Below are positions 1-12,700 of a stretch of 64,000 nucleotides of DNA, one piece after another. How positions within the stretch are numbered: position 1 is the first letter of the stretch; each line of letters begins with the position of its first letter. Both the position numbers and the translations under genes were made by a program. This stretch comes from Monocercomonoides exilis PA203 (Eukaryota; Protista; Preaxostyla). The DNA lies in contig LSRY02000005.1 of assembly GCA_001643675.2 (NCBI GenBank), positions 1,116,001-1,180,000 on the forward strand. Direction: 5' to 3'. Under the pieces are notes generated by a model, which had not been told where the DNA came from, did no database searches, and saw only the letters and a list, made by a program, of their open reading frames with translations.

Positions 1-368
1 TATCTTTCATTCATTTTTCATCGCATATAATCACAGGGCTGAAAATATATAATCACATTTTTTATCATTATGGGTGGATTTTTCATTGAAAAATTGACTT
101 TTTGATCAAAAATCTCAATATTTCGCTTTTTCAAAAATGTGCTCAAATAAGTCAAAATAATGTGTGTTAATAATAAAAATTGTTATTTTTATTGAAAAAT
201 GTGTATTTGTGTAGAATTTCCAAAAATAAAAAAATCGACCCAAAATAAATTATTTCAAATATTAATTTTAACTTTCTTCTGTGAAAAGCATCATCGTGTA
301 TAATCACAATCGGATATAGTCACAAAAAGTTGTGCAAAAACTGATGTGATTATATCCGGTTTTGACTG
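1..368. mobile_element. One end of a Tc1/mariner/pogo-type TIR element (continues beyond the window start)
   Basis: Ends ...TGTGATTATATCCGGTTTTGACTG|TA; the reverse complement TA|CAGTC... is a typical TA-TSD terminus. The subterminal motif TATAATCACA recurs at about 26, 48, 299, 315 (variant) and inverted at 346-355. Confidence 0.6.
72..241. mobile_element. Small MITE with GGG...CCC ends nested in the window-start element
   Basis: Left end GGGTGGATTTTT versus reverse complement of the right end GGGTCGATTTTT (11/12). The flanks TTAT/AAAA do not form a clean TSD. Confidence 0.4.
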
Positions 369-1699
369 TATGTTAAGTATTTATGAATTTAGTGATCTGC
401 AAAATAAAAATATCTGAGGGTTTGAGTTGATAAAAGTGCAACTGAAGAACAAGAATATTTGTTCATGTTTGCATAAAGCTGTTTCATTTGGTTTATTTAG
501 GTTTTTCGGGTTTTTATTAAGAAAATAATAACCTAAAAAAATAACTATTTAGGGTTATGTCCACCTTTTGGGATTGTACCGCTTTTGAACACATATGAAA
601 GTCAGTTGTTCGTCGTATGTTTCGTTTTATCAATAGGAATTATTTCTTTCAGGAAAACTATTCTTCGAATTTTTTTTCAATTTTTAAAAGGAGCTAACAT
701 ATTTTAAAATTCCCATTTTTCTAATTTTTTTAGTGAATTCGCAAAATGAAATGTGAGATGAATGAAAATTTCTATTTTAATATTCTATTCACATTTTTAA
801 ACATCTTTGAAACATCAAAACGTTTTACATTATTTCGCTTTTTGATCGAAAAATGGGGCATAATTTTTCCATTTACGAAAAAAACAGTGTTTTGACACAA
901 ACTTATTCTGCATTCTAGTCATAATGTTTATAGTCCAATGATACAAAAAAAAAAAATGAATTGAAAACTATTCCATAATAAAAGTTTATTTTGAGTTTAA
1001 GAAACAATTTCGATATAAAAGGAAATAACATGAGAAGACATATGAAAGGTTTGGCTTTAAACATTGCTCTCATTAAAAAGTACTTTTAACGGGAACAGAA
1101 GTTTTACAAAATCGCTTATGTTGTTGCTGAAGATTTGATATAAATGGTGATGATTTGCTCCTGATAATTGTTATTTCAAAAGAAGATTTTCTCATAATGG
1201 TAAAAATTGATAGAGGAGGTGAAAATATGGAGATACACTAAAATCAATTATTTTTTACAGGTGAAAAAAAAATAGAAAATGAAGTGTATGATTTCTAAGA
1301 GAGGAAAGAGGAATAATCATTGCAAAATGAAGAGGGGGAAGAAGAATTGTTCATTTATTGACACTTTCTATCCAAGAAATCGTTTGTGTGAAGCAATAGA
1401 TGATCTGTTGTTGAATCTTCGAAGAGTTTAAATGTTGCTGTTTGGAGACAACGGGTTATCGTTCACACAACAAAGAAAATACACACGCTGCTTGCAATGC
1501 ATCCTTATTCAAGAGTAATAAAAGGGCTTTATATGCTGAGACGTGAAGTCTGATAACATATTTTCATGACCATCGAAAAGATGTTAATTCTAGTACTATT
1601 CAGTTCAATTTACTAAATTATCGACTTCTTCTTTAGTTTATTCATCTTAAAATTCAGGATTTGAATTATTGAAGTCTGTAACTGAGTTTTCTTTGCGAT

Positions 1700-2250
1700 T
1701 TGTCTGAATTATTACAATTTTAATATCTCCATTGCACATGGAACGGGGATCCGAGCACAAAACAAGCATTCTCTCAACTGTAAGAACAAGGAAGCGATTC
1801 TGAGCTGTTCGATAAGATAAAATATAGCCAACTTAGTAATGTGTGCATCGCATCTGAGCTAGCAACCTAGCAAGTTCTGTTTCCATGGAAGGCAAACAAC
1901 GGGATGCTGAAGTGATTCCAACAGACAAAGCGAGTGCTGCTGAATGAGCTGAGGAGCGAAAGCTACGAGCTGCAACTGCACAAGCGCGTTGAATACAGTG
2001 TGCAATTCAATAAAAACATTTTTTTATCCAATGAAGAAGGCGAACAGCACACATATGATTGTCTATTCTCATCCGACGCTGCTTTTATTCTATATACCGT
2101 TTAATGAAGTGTGTCATTCTTTTCTCTCTGATTCATCCATCATGAGCTACTTCAGAACGATTAGCGTTCCAATCAGAAAAGACGAGTTGCTACTGTGACA
2201 TTTCTTTGTTCATTTGTAAATGACTGACGCTCAACCCTCCAAAGTCCATT
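1700..2250 (+). pseudogene. Possible highly degraded non-LTR (CRE-like) reverse transcriptase relic
   Basis: GC-richer island. Fragments GTGIRA, SALNTVC and VYSHPTLL occur in the order of the RT motifs GIRPI / NAFN(T/S) / Y..PS.L. Many stops, and no GDPL or YLDD motif was seen. Confidence 0.2.
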
Positions 2251-5200
2251 AAAGCCGAAGAGGCAGTGGATCACCAATTTTAGAGCAAAAGTGCGGCTCA
2301 GCAACAACAAAGCAGAAGACAATAATAAATATTGCTTCCAAAGCAGTTACTGCATTTTTTAATTCTTTTTCTTCTTTTTCTTCTTCTCGTGCAACAGTCT
2401 GGAATGGCTTAACGCTATATTTTCATATCTTCAGCTTTCGATTTCTTTTTCCATTCTGCTTTTTTAAGTTAAACGCTCCCCTTGCATAATTACAAACTTT
2501 CCGCAAGATAAACCAGTTGCTTTTTGCTCAATGAGTGTTAATTCCGATATCCACATTTCCTAGCTCATAGTAATTTTTTCATCAAATGCTACAGTTTTCT
2601 CGATGATAGATCTATCTGCATCTGCTTCTCCTTCAACTACAGCTAATGTTGTTTGCTTCAGTAGGCAAATGAATGAGAATTTATTGAAAAGTGCTGCAGT
2701 AATCACCAGTGCTCTATTTAAACAGCTTTTGACCTTATGATAACAGCATAGGACAACTGGACAAACTTGTTAATAATTTTTTTCGTTGAATCTGAACTTC
2801 ATTTCAATATCTGTCTTCAAATTCAACTAAACATAATTATTTTCTTTTGTTTTCGTTTTCAATGTGGTTTATTTGTTCGGCTGTGGATTTTTTTTCTTGA
2901 AATTTGCTCGTTATTGTCTTTATTTTGAAAATAATGCTACATGTCACATTATTTGTTCGTTTCACGAAAGAATAATTCTTTAAAAAGCTAATCTGTATTT
3001 CTTGAGAATTGAAAAATGTGTGCAAATCATGAATTAGAATCAAATTTATTTTTATGTGGAAAAATTATCAACAAATTGTTGATTTGACAAATTTAATTTT
3101 TGTCATGTATTTGAATAATATATCAGTTCACGATGTGTAACAATTTTTTGTTGTTCGAAATGCATGTGCTGATCTATTGAAATGTTTGTGAATTTTTCTT
3201 TGCACAGTTCATTTCAAACAAAATATAAATGCAATGCTTGGATCAACATCAGAAAATAAAAAACAAATTGGTTTCTTTGTTCATTGAGATATTCAAAATT
3301 TTTGAATAATATATACTTGTTTTCAGAAGGTTCGATTCCTTTTTGCATTATTATTTGCAACTTTTAGAGAAAAGAAATAAAAAACTTAAAAGAAATAGCA
3401 CTCAAGAAAATATTAAAAATTTCCAAGCATACAATGTTTCTTGCAGCTTTTTGAATTAATAGCTTAAACATTGATGAAATAATTCATGTTGTAAACAGAT
3501 TTTTCAATTTTGAAATAAAAATTATGCAAATAATTGAATTACCCATAAGAGATGAGCCAATTTCACCAAGAAATGAATAAATACTCCTCAAAGCCCCGTT
3601 CGACGAAAAGTTGACACGCCTTTTAAATTCACAACTTTATTGAAAAAAGAGCTCCGGAGGACCCGGAAGGATTTCTCTATCATTATGCATTTCGCAGCAA
3701 ATATGGAAAATCCTTTCGGTCGATCATTGATGAGAAATATATTGGTTTGCGTGGTTTTTTCTCAACTTTCGGAAATAACTGTTGTGCATTTTTCGATTTA
3801 TATTTTGTTAATCAATCAATTTATTATTTCGATAAAAATTGTGAGATATTTCTTTGTTTATATGTTTTTAATCTGAATATTTGATCTGTTGTGTTTTTTT
3901 CTGTTTTCATTTAAAAATAGATTTTATTTGCTCAATTATTAGTGAGTAATCAGACAAATTGCCATTTGTCAATGAAAATTTATGGTGTTTTATAAATTTT
4001 TAGATTTTTTTGAATTTAAGTTTATTTATAATCAAAAACATTTTGGAAACATCAAGGATAATAAATTTATTTATTTTCAACCTTTCATATTTATATATTC
4101 AAATCCTATGTTTTATTTTTGACTTATAATTATATTGTTATTTTAATCCCAATTCCCATCGAGAATATTCAAATTGACTTATAAGCGAAATATATATAAT
4201 GCACATTTTTTATAGAAAAAACAAACCACGTTTTAAAAAAATCTTTCTATTCTGTATAACACACTTGACAGAAATGACAAAGTTTCTTGCCTTTCTGCTG
4301 TTTCCTCGGAATTTTCCTGGAAGGAACTTTTAAAGTGTGGCTGGTTCATCACAAAAGGCGAATATTACTACTCTAAAGAAAGATTCTCCAATAGAAATCT
4401 CGAAAAAAATTCACATCACACAGAATGATGCGTTAATGATAAAAGTGTGCTATTTGTTTTCGTATTTGATTCTTTTAATTCATTTGAAAAGAAATGGAAG
4501 ACTTTTCACTTGTTGAAAAGTGGCTATATAAAATTAGTTCAGCTAGCTGCATGAATGGAAGACACATGAAGAAATGATTGCACTTTGTTTTCAATAATCG
4601 AACTTTAATTCACAATTGAAATGATTTCCGTTTTTTTGACTTTTTTTTGTGAATTTTCTTGAATAATTGGCTTCTTGATTCTATTCTGAAAGTGATTGTG
4701 TGCAATCAAAATGTGTGTTCCTCTCAAAAATGCCCTCCACCAACTTCCATTGTTGGGGATGAAAAATCGACAGATAGTCAAAGAAAACATGGAGAATCAA
4801 AACCATCCGAGCCACTGAATAATGCTAGCAATTTCGATTATCTCGAAGAAGATAATCATCAATCAACAAATAATTTGAATGATGAGAAAAAGAAAAAAAT
4901 AACGAAAAAAGAAAAAGAAAATGATGAAAATAAAAATAATGATATATAAGAAAAACACAAGAAAATTTCTTCCGTTGATTTGAATTTAACTTTCAATTGC
5001 GTTGAGGAAAACAGTGATGAAGGAATGGACATATGCTTCAAAGAAAAAAAGAAAAGGACAAAAAATATTGGATTAAATGAAAGAAAAGAAGTTCTATTGA
5101 AAGAAAATTCAAAAGAAAATGAAAACGAAAAAAGAAAAAGAGATGAAAAGAAAAAGATTTTTTCAATGAATGAGAAAAGAATCATCGACAAAACAAAGAA

Positions 5201-5716
5201 AGAACTGTTTGAAGAAATGAAAAAAGAAATAAATGTTTAGTTATCTTATTCAAATTTTTGTAAAAAAACAAGAAATTTTATTATAGCGAAGAAATGGACA
5301 GACTTATGCGAAGTCTGTGAAAGGTGCGCGCATTTGAAAAAGAAAAAAGCGGAAATGGAAAGAAACGGAGGTGAGTTAAATGAAGAAGAAAAGAATGAAA
5401 TAGAAATTATTGATAAACATTTGAAAATGGCAACTCATCAAAGAAATTATTTTTTTGAAATGATGGAAAATCTGAAAAAAGATGAAGGAATAATAATTAT
5501 GGATTTTAAGGAAAATTGGTGTTTGCCAATTTCCAATAATGAAACGGGAAGATCTTTTTTTAACAAAAAACAAATTTCCCATTTATGTTTTGTTGAATAT
5601 TTTGTTGATTGTTTAGAAATTTAATGAAAAAGATGTTTCAATTTTTTTTCTGAAATTTTATCTCACGATTATCGTTTTGTTTGTGAATGTATTTTTAAAC
5701 TTTTGCGTTTTGATAT

Positions 5717-5983
5717 GGGGGAAAATACGGACTTTCAAGCTTTTTATGCACAAAGCATGAAAAAATTGTTTCGCTCATAACTTTGTTTCACTTTCTCAGA
5801 ATTCAAAACAGATTTGATTTTCATATCCCTAAACAAACATCATTGAAATCAAAACAGAAAGATTTCCAACATTTCACGAATGTTTGAAATGGACCTATTT
5901 TTATTGTGTTTTTTGATCTCAAAAAGTCAATGAAAAGTGCTTAATTTTTCAATGAAAATGCTTGAAGCAAAATATTTTGCCCC
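5717..5983. mobile_element. MITE family A, copy 1 (267 bp)
   Basis: TIR GGGGGAAAATA / TATTTTGCCCC; 4-bp TSD ATAT (5713-5716, 5984-5987). Homologous to 13319-13586 and 60377-60643. Confidence 0.9.
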
Positions 5984-6223
5984 ATATTTTTTCAAATGTT
6001 TATTCTTTTCACTTTTTTTGTGATAATGGTCCTCATTTTCTAAATTCACATATTTTGCATTTGCTGTTTTCTCCAAATTCTTTTTTGTTTAAAAATTATC
6101 ACTGTTCACTTTCATTCTTTACCGAACATCATGGTAAGATTGTGACAGTGAATTTGGTTTTTGACACAGTTAATAAACAATAATCTTGGTGATCGAACAT
6201 TGAATAATGTGTACGATCTCATT

Positions 6224-6224
<1 letters not shown>

Positions 6225-6282
<58 letters not shown>
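6225..6282. repeat. Poly(T)58 homopolymer
   Basis: 58 consecutive T residues. Confidence 0.95.
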
Positions 6283-6713
6283 CCCAAAGGAATGAAGTAT
6301 TGGTTGCATTATTAACCCCAACAACTTTAAATGACAAAAAAATATAAAAATTGAAAAACTTGGAAAAAAAAATTGTGATCGGAACAAAAGTTGGATTGAA
6401 AAAATTTTGTCCCATATTTTTTCCAAAGAATATAATTTATAAAGAATTCAAAATTTCTTCAGCATATTATGATAAATTGCAAGCATTTGTAATTTGAATG
6501 CGAATAAATATTAACAGAAATTAAATGGGAAAAGAATAATAAAGACATAAATACATATAAAATATGCTACTCAATTTTTGTGGTGAAAATAATTTGTCGA
6601 AATCTGAACAAATTTGATAGCATGTTTGGCATTTTCAATTCTTATCATTCAATTGCCTCCTTTATATTTTTTGTCTTTTCTTTCTTTTCTTTCAAAGTTT
6701 TTCGAGAAAATTT

Positions 6714-8874
6714 TCATTTTCTTTTATTGTTTTCTTCAGATTTATTTTCACATTTTTGTTCTGATCCAGTTTCTTCAATCTTGCCTCGCTTATAAGTCAT
6801 CTTAATACACGCCATACCAATTGTCGAGATTGCACTGCCTATCAAGCTTACAAGAGTCATCAACCCAGCCTTTTTCACGAATGAAAACAACAAAAGAACT
6901 ATCGTAAAAAACACGTTCAAAGCAATCATAATAATTGATCCTGACACTGATTCTGGAAGTGGGTAAGTTAATTCAGCTCCCATTTCAAAAAACAATCCAT
7001 ACGGTGCTCCACCAATCACGCAAACCAAAATCACCAAAGTGCAAAACAACCATTTGGGACATTCAAACAGAACAATATCTCCGCTTACAGAATCCTTTCT
7101 CATTTGCAAGTGTGCTGCAAGCAATGATAGCTTATTCTTTTTTTCTGTTGAGTTTCTTCCAAAGTTCATTGGGAAAACGAGAAACAGCACACACAAAATA
7201 ACGTCTGATACCAAAAACAATGCAAACACAACCCATTTGTCTTTCTTTCTCAATTTTCCTGAACTTAGCCACAGCATGAACATTGCAGACAAGCAAGATC
7301 CAATTGTTGACGCAAAGCCAAACAAGCCTCCTATCTGTTCATTCATTCCCAACTCTGTGAAGAAATACGTTATATTTTCTTGCCAGCCTTGATATGCTGC
7401 TGATTGAAGTCCTCCAGCAATGCAGAGAAGCATAAACGGCAGATTACACAAAGTTCCCTTCACAACAGAACAAAACTGGGAAATGGCGCTTTTTGAGGAG
7501 TGCAAATTTGAAGTAATAAGCTCGGTCGAGGAAGGAGATGATGATGAGGGGGAAGAAGGATCTTCAGAAATGGAAGTAGGTGAAATTGACAACGAAGGCG
7601 ATGGTAACAATGATGGAGAAGATGAATCCATGAAGGCAGAAAATGTCATTTCGTTTGCTGAAGAAGCTGCGCTTGACTCCTCATCCGATTTCCATCTGCT
7701 GTTATTTAGCAATGGTACATTGGACATAGAAATTCCACTCTGAATTGTACAATAATTATCTTCATTAACAGCATCATCTTCCGCTTCGTTGAAATCTTCA
7801 ACCATTTCAGTAGCATCTTTGTCTTTGAAACCGTCTTCATCTTTACAATCATTCGCTTTATCATATTCTCTTTCCATATGATTTTTTCTTTCAGAGGAGA
7901 AATCGCTCTTTTTTGAACTTTTGCTTATTTCGGACGGAACTTTGGAAGAATGTGATATTTCTCCCCTTTCGTTTTTGTTTTCAAATTTATCAATTCCTTT
8001 TTCCCTTGCAAGTTCGGAATAAGATGGAGGAGTAGGAGGAGCTGATGGAAAGTAAATAGTAGCCAGTCCTGTTATAACTGCTTGTACGCCAAGCAATAAA
8101 TATAACAATGTTGGGATATTTTCTCCGCTTTTGACAATTAACGGTGCAACTAAAAATCCAACTGCGACACCAACAAAAATTGACTGCGACGCAAGACCAG
8201 TTGAAATTCCCCTCTCCTTTGGTGGAAACCATGTGTTGCTTGCTCGAGAAGGAGTTGAATAAAGAAAGCAGCCCCCAATTTGGTTAAGAACAGAACTTAA
8301 TAAGATAAACCAAAAGCTCTTTTTCCTTGTCGAACCAATCCAAGTCGGTACCATTCTTAACAAGCAGCACAAAAATAAAGGCCAACTTCCAAACAGCATT
8401 AAAACTCTGAAATTGTGAAATTTCATATCAAGAACAATTGGTATAAAAAGGAGAGAGGTTGCAATAATGGTGGCTAAAAGCATTCGATTAAATCAGATGT
8501 TTTCAAAGGAATAAAAATTACAAAAGAAAGATATTAATCAATTTCAAAGAAGTTATTTGTTAAAAAAATTTTTTTTCATTTTTGAAAAACTAAAAACGGA
8601 TAAACTTGGACAAACATAATGACAAAACAAGATTCAAATCAGACATCGTGATTCCACCTTCCTTATAGTACTCTTGTGCTGATTGGGGTGTTGCGTTGAA
8701 TGCAATGAATTCAGCAGATAGAAGAAAGCAGTTTGCGCAATACACAAAAAGAACGTACCATCTTCTTTTGTACACGTGTAACTCTGAATAAATGTTTTTC
8801 TCCTTATCATATATTTCGATAGAGACTTCACACTCATCACATTTATCTTTTTCTTCAATTGTTTTCTCAGCCAT
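6714..8874 (-). CDS. MFS transporter, SLC49 (FLVCR/DIRC2-like) family; 2 exons (8874-8616, 8473-6714)
   Basis: N-terminal VYKRRWYVL motif, WFPPKERGISTG, P.APPTPPS after TM6, GAELTYPLPES in the C-half. A GTTTGT...TTTAG intron joins in frame. Long acidic/Ser-rich central loop. Confidence 0.85.
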
Positions 8875-9447
8875 GATAACTCTCAAATTTTTAATGGGAT
8901 AATTTTTTTCATCAATTTTTAAAGAATTGATATAACAATAACGTTTCGCAATGATGCAAAATTAACAGAAAAAAAGAATAAAGCGTATTTTCTTTGCAAA
9001 TTGAATCAAAATTTTGTATCAGATTGTATTTTTTTATAATCAACATAAAATATTACAAATAAATCACATAAATAAAACTAAAAGCGAAGAATCAAAACAG
9101 AAAAACCACAAACAACCTCTTAAAGAGTTATATAAAGTTCGAGATCCCATTTGGAATTTGCAACAGTTGCAAAAAAGTTAAAAATCAATAAAAAAATTAC
9201 ATTTCCTTCAAATTGGAATGAAAAATCACTCAAAGAAAAGATCACTCACTAATTGCGAAGAATAAGACAAGATAAGAAAAATAAACTCAATTAAAATAAT
9301 GATCAACTTCAATACAACATTAAACATAAAATTATGAATTTAGCATTCATAAAAAAAAAGTTAAGCAAATTAAACATAAAAACGATACTACAAAACTCTT
9401 TTGCCTGGAAAAAATCGAAAAGAAAAGAAACCTTTTCATAATTTTTT

Positions 9448-10097
9448 TTATTTTCGCTTGTGTTCAATCTCTTTCGCAAGCCATTCTAATCCATGTAGAA
9501 GTCCATCACCTGTCAATGCGCAGCATGGCTGAATGTACCAAGATCTACCTACACAAACTCGATCAAGTTCCAATTTTTCTCTTATAAATTTTGGACTCAC
9601 AGCTCCACTTTGGTCTTGTTTATTTGCATAAATCAGAAGAGCAACATTTCGAAGTTCTTCACATTGAAGAAGATAGTGAAGCTCCTCTTTTACACAATCT
9701 TCGCATTCCATTGTTGTGCAAGCAATTCGAGGAATATCGGTACTATCAATAACAAAAATAAGAGCATCAAGACCATCAAAGTAATAATGCCATAAACGCC
9801 TAAGTTCTTTTTGACCTCCAATATCCCAAATTTGGAGAGATAATCTTTTGAAATGAACTTCTTCCATATTAAATCCAATGGTTGGAATTGTATGTACATT
9901 TTCATTCAACTTTAACTTATACAAAATTGAAGTTTTTCCTGCGGCTGTTTGCATAATGATTAAAATTATGATTATAATTTTGTTTATCTTTTTTGAAAAA
10001 GACAAATAATGTCGTTCAAACCATCCAACCCAATCATAGAAATTCTTTTTTCAGATTTTCCAAACATTCCTAAAACTTTCGTCAACAGAATCCCCAT
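9448..10097 (-). CDS. Arf/Arl-family small GTPase; 2 exons (10097-10022, 9944-9448)
   Basis: MG start (myristoylation Gly2). GLDAAGKT is rebuilt across a GTTTGA...ACAG intron; [19 protein letters not shown] and CALTGDGL follow. Confidence 0.93.
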
Positions 10098-11399
10098 TTT
10101 TATTTGATATTCCTCAAAAATCAATCACTTATTTGATCTTAAGCATTATTATTCTGGAAAAATAAATAATACTGGGTGTAATATGTGTCATAAGAATAAA
10201 CTCTCTGTTTATTATTTTCTTCGTTTTAATTTCGTTTTAGAATTTATCTGAAAAGATTAACACTTTAATTTACTATCTGTTGTTAAAAAATACTGAAAAA
10301 TAATAAAAAAAAATTTTCAAATTCAAAAAAAAAATAAACCTTAAACATGTAATAAATAATTTGAAAAACAATAACAATTCAAAAAACATCAAATATTGTA
10401 AAATGTCCATTTTTTCGATTTCTTTGCAAAAGCATTTTACAGAAATTGCATAAAATACCGGACATCGCACAAAATACCGGACAAGATCGTTTTCTCAATA
10501 ACCACTCAAAGAGAAGATCTGATAATATTCCTCTAAAGATATCTTAACAATACAAACTCATTTAGCATATCAGACTTTCATTTCCGTGCACACTGAATAT
10601 TTAAAAAATAATTTTTAAAATCTCGGAGAATTAAGATTGTGAATTTTGCATTTTCGGTCAAGCAAATCCATCAAAATGAAATCAAAATAATATTTTCTGA
10701 TACGGGAAAAAAAGTCTTTTTTATATTTTCTTTGAAAAAATCTATTTTTGAGAATTGTTTCTTTGTCACAAAATAACATTTATCAGAAATATTTTTTTTT
10801 CGCATTTTAATCCTTTGATAAAACTGTTCTATTTGCAAAACACAGTGAAAATGTGCTTAATAACATTTCAAATAATTGTGAACAAAATATTGTTAGTTGA
10901 ATAAGCCCTGGGTGACGTGAAGAAAAAATTCGTCACGCCCGTCACCAATTTTCCACTTCAAAAAAAAAAAAAAAAAAAAATCTATATAAAACAATATCCA
11001 ATTATTGTATAATTTCAAAAAAAGCAATTCATGAAATTGGTTTTTGAAACTGTTTTTTCAATTAAAAATTAGATAATGACATCCCATAACAACATGATAC
11101 AAATAGCGATGCAAGTTCTTTTTTATACAGTCCTTAGAAATATTCTATTAGCTTAACTGAATGATGTGACATTTGATATTGTTGAGAATGTTGTTGGTTT
11201 GAATTGCATTAAAAATAATTTCTTTTCATCTTTTTGTTCGTTCTATGAGATTGACAAACGTTATTCTGTTTCGCAAATATAATTTTTTCGTAAAAGCGTA
11301 CATATTGAATGCCATCAAAAATTATCTCAGTTTGCAGAAGTTGATATTTTAAATTTCATTTTGATAGAATTTATTTATTTATTTTTTTTTTGTTGAAAG

Positions 11400-12700
11400 A
11401 ATTGTTTTCTGAACTGAAAGATAGAAATGTGGACAAACAAAAATAGAAAATTACAGAAATGAAAGAAATAATTGATAGAATGAAGAAAGAAAAATTAATA
11501 TCTGCTTGCATAGAAGAAATGCTTGATAAAATGAACTACATGACAAAAAAAAAAGAAACTGCCTATGGAAAATGGAATTTTGCTGTTGAAGTTCATTGGA
11601 TATTGCATAGCGCAGAAAAATAATAATGACACATTGCTTTTTAATATCTTCGTTGTCGAAAGATTCGAAATGATGATTTTTGATAATAAAGAGAAGAAAG
11701 AAGGGAAAAAAGAACGGCTTTTGTTGATCTTTGTGAATGCTGCATACTCTAAACTTCAACTACCTGTTCTGCTTGCCTTCGACATGTGCGTCTTATTTTC
11801 TGAAAGTTTCATTGAAGAAAGAAGAAAGCGAGGAAATTCAAAAGGAAGTGGAAATAGCATTGTTTGCCTTGTGCAGCATCAAACAACAAGTATCAACTTA
11901 ATTTAATATTTTCTTAATAATTAAAGATGTTAATGCTTATTATATTTAATTTGGATATATTAGAAATTGAAGCGAAAGCAATATTTGTATGAGATGAAAG
12001 AAATTAGCAAATGTCATCAGGAGCACAGAAATCTAACACGGCTTGCCTATCAGTCTGCTTGGGAAATTTTTGTGCACAGATTGAGAAATGACAAAAGCGT
12101 TGAAAAAGTCATTGTGAATGAACTGCATTTTGTGAGAGAGGTTGAAAGAGAGTTGGAAGAGCTATCGAAAAAGCATTAATTTGAAGAGAAAGAAGAAGGA
12201 AGAAAAGAAGAGATTATTCTATTGAGATGTTTCCAAATATTGCATTGTTATTTAATCGGTCATAAATTAAGAAATAAGGAAGATATCATAATTGTTGGTG
12301 ACATTGCTCACGTATAAAGAATGGCAAAGGATTATCACAACGAAGTACGCAGCTGTTGTGTAGAGTGCATTGGAATAGCAATTCCAAATCGAACTGTGAA
12401 AGTTGATTGCTTGATGAAAGGAAGAGTAATTAATGATATTTTTGAGGAGATTCAGCGGCAAACACTGAATGACGAAATAATACATGAGTGCTTGAAATTT
12501 TTTGGTGAAATTTTAAGGCGATTGAAAAAAGAAAAGAAAGAAGAAATGGAAAAAGTGAAAAGGAAGGCTGGCAAAAGAAAAACAATTGAAAAGATAAAAG
12601 AAGACAGATGAAAAAACATCGTCATTAACTTTCAAAAATCTTTTGAGTTTTTCCACAGAAAATATACGATGATGCATATTTTCAGTTGAATATTTCTGAT
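11400..12700 (+). pseudogene. Frameshifted copy of an expanded lineage-specific alpha-helical protein family
   Basis: Fragments across frames: FSEL, MENGILLLKFIGYC, EESEEIQKEVEIALFALCSI, HQEHRNLTRLAYQSAW, VIVNELHFVRE..RELEEL. I recall these motifs from a high-copy Monocercomonoides family. Multiple stops and frameshifts. Confidence 0.7.

Larger units (their letters stand above)
4200..6430 (+). pseudogene. Degraded DDD transposase, Sola-like
   Basis: Fragments in order: TDLCEVC (about 5298), H..MA..QR, MDFKENW (D1, about 5500), CDNGPHF (D2, about 6020), FFTEHHGK-(frameshift)-CDSEFG (D3, about 6115-6160). Stops at 5622-5627, a MITE insertion and a T58 tract disrupt it. Boundaries are approximate. 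Confidence 0.65.

Noticed and set aside
2450-2830. Minus-strand fragment VVEGEADADRSIIEK resembling a PIN/FEN nuclease motif
   Set aside because: Single short motif amid stops; insufficient support.
5714-5986. Reading MITE family A as TG...CA ends with 2-bp TSDs
   Set aside because: All three copies extend to perfect 4-bp ANNT duplications, so GG...CC ends with a 4-bp TSD explain more.
6112-6426. Poly-Lys ORFs on the minus strand
   Set aside because: Artefact of the T58 tract.
10452-10483. Direct repeat AAAATACCGGACA x2 upstream of the Arf gene
   Set aside because: Only two units and no inverted partner found; cannot be called a TE end, CRISPR or regulatory site.
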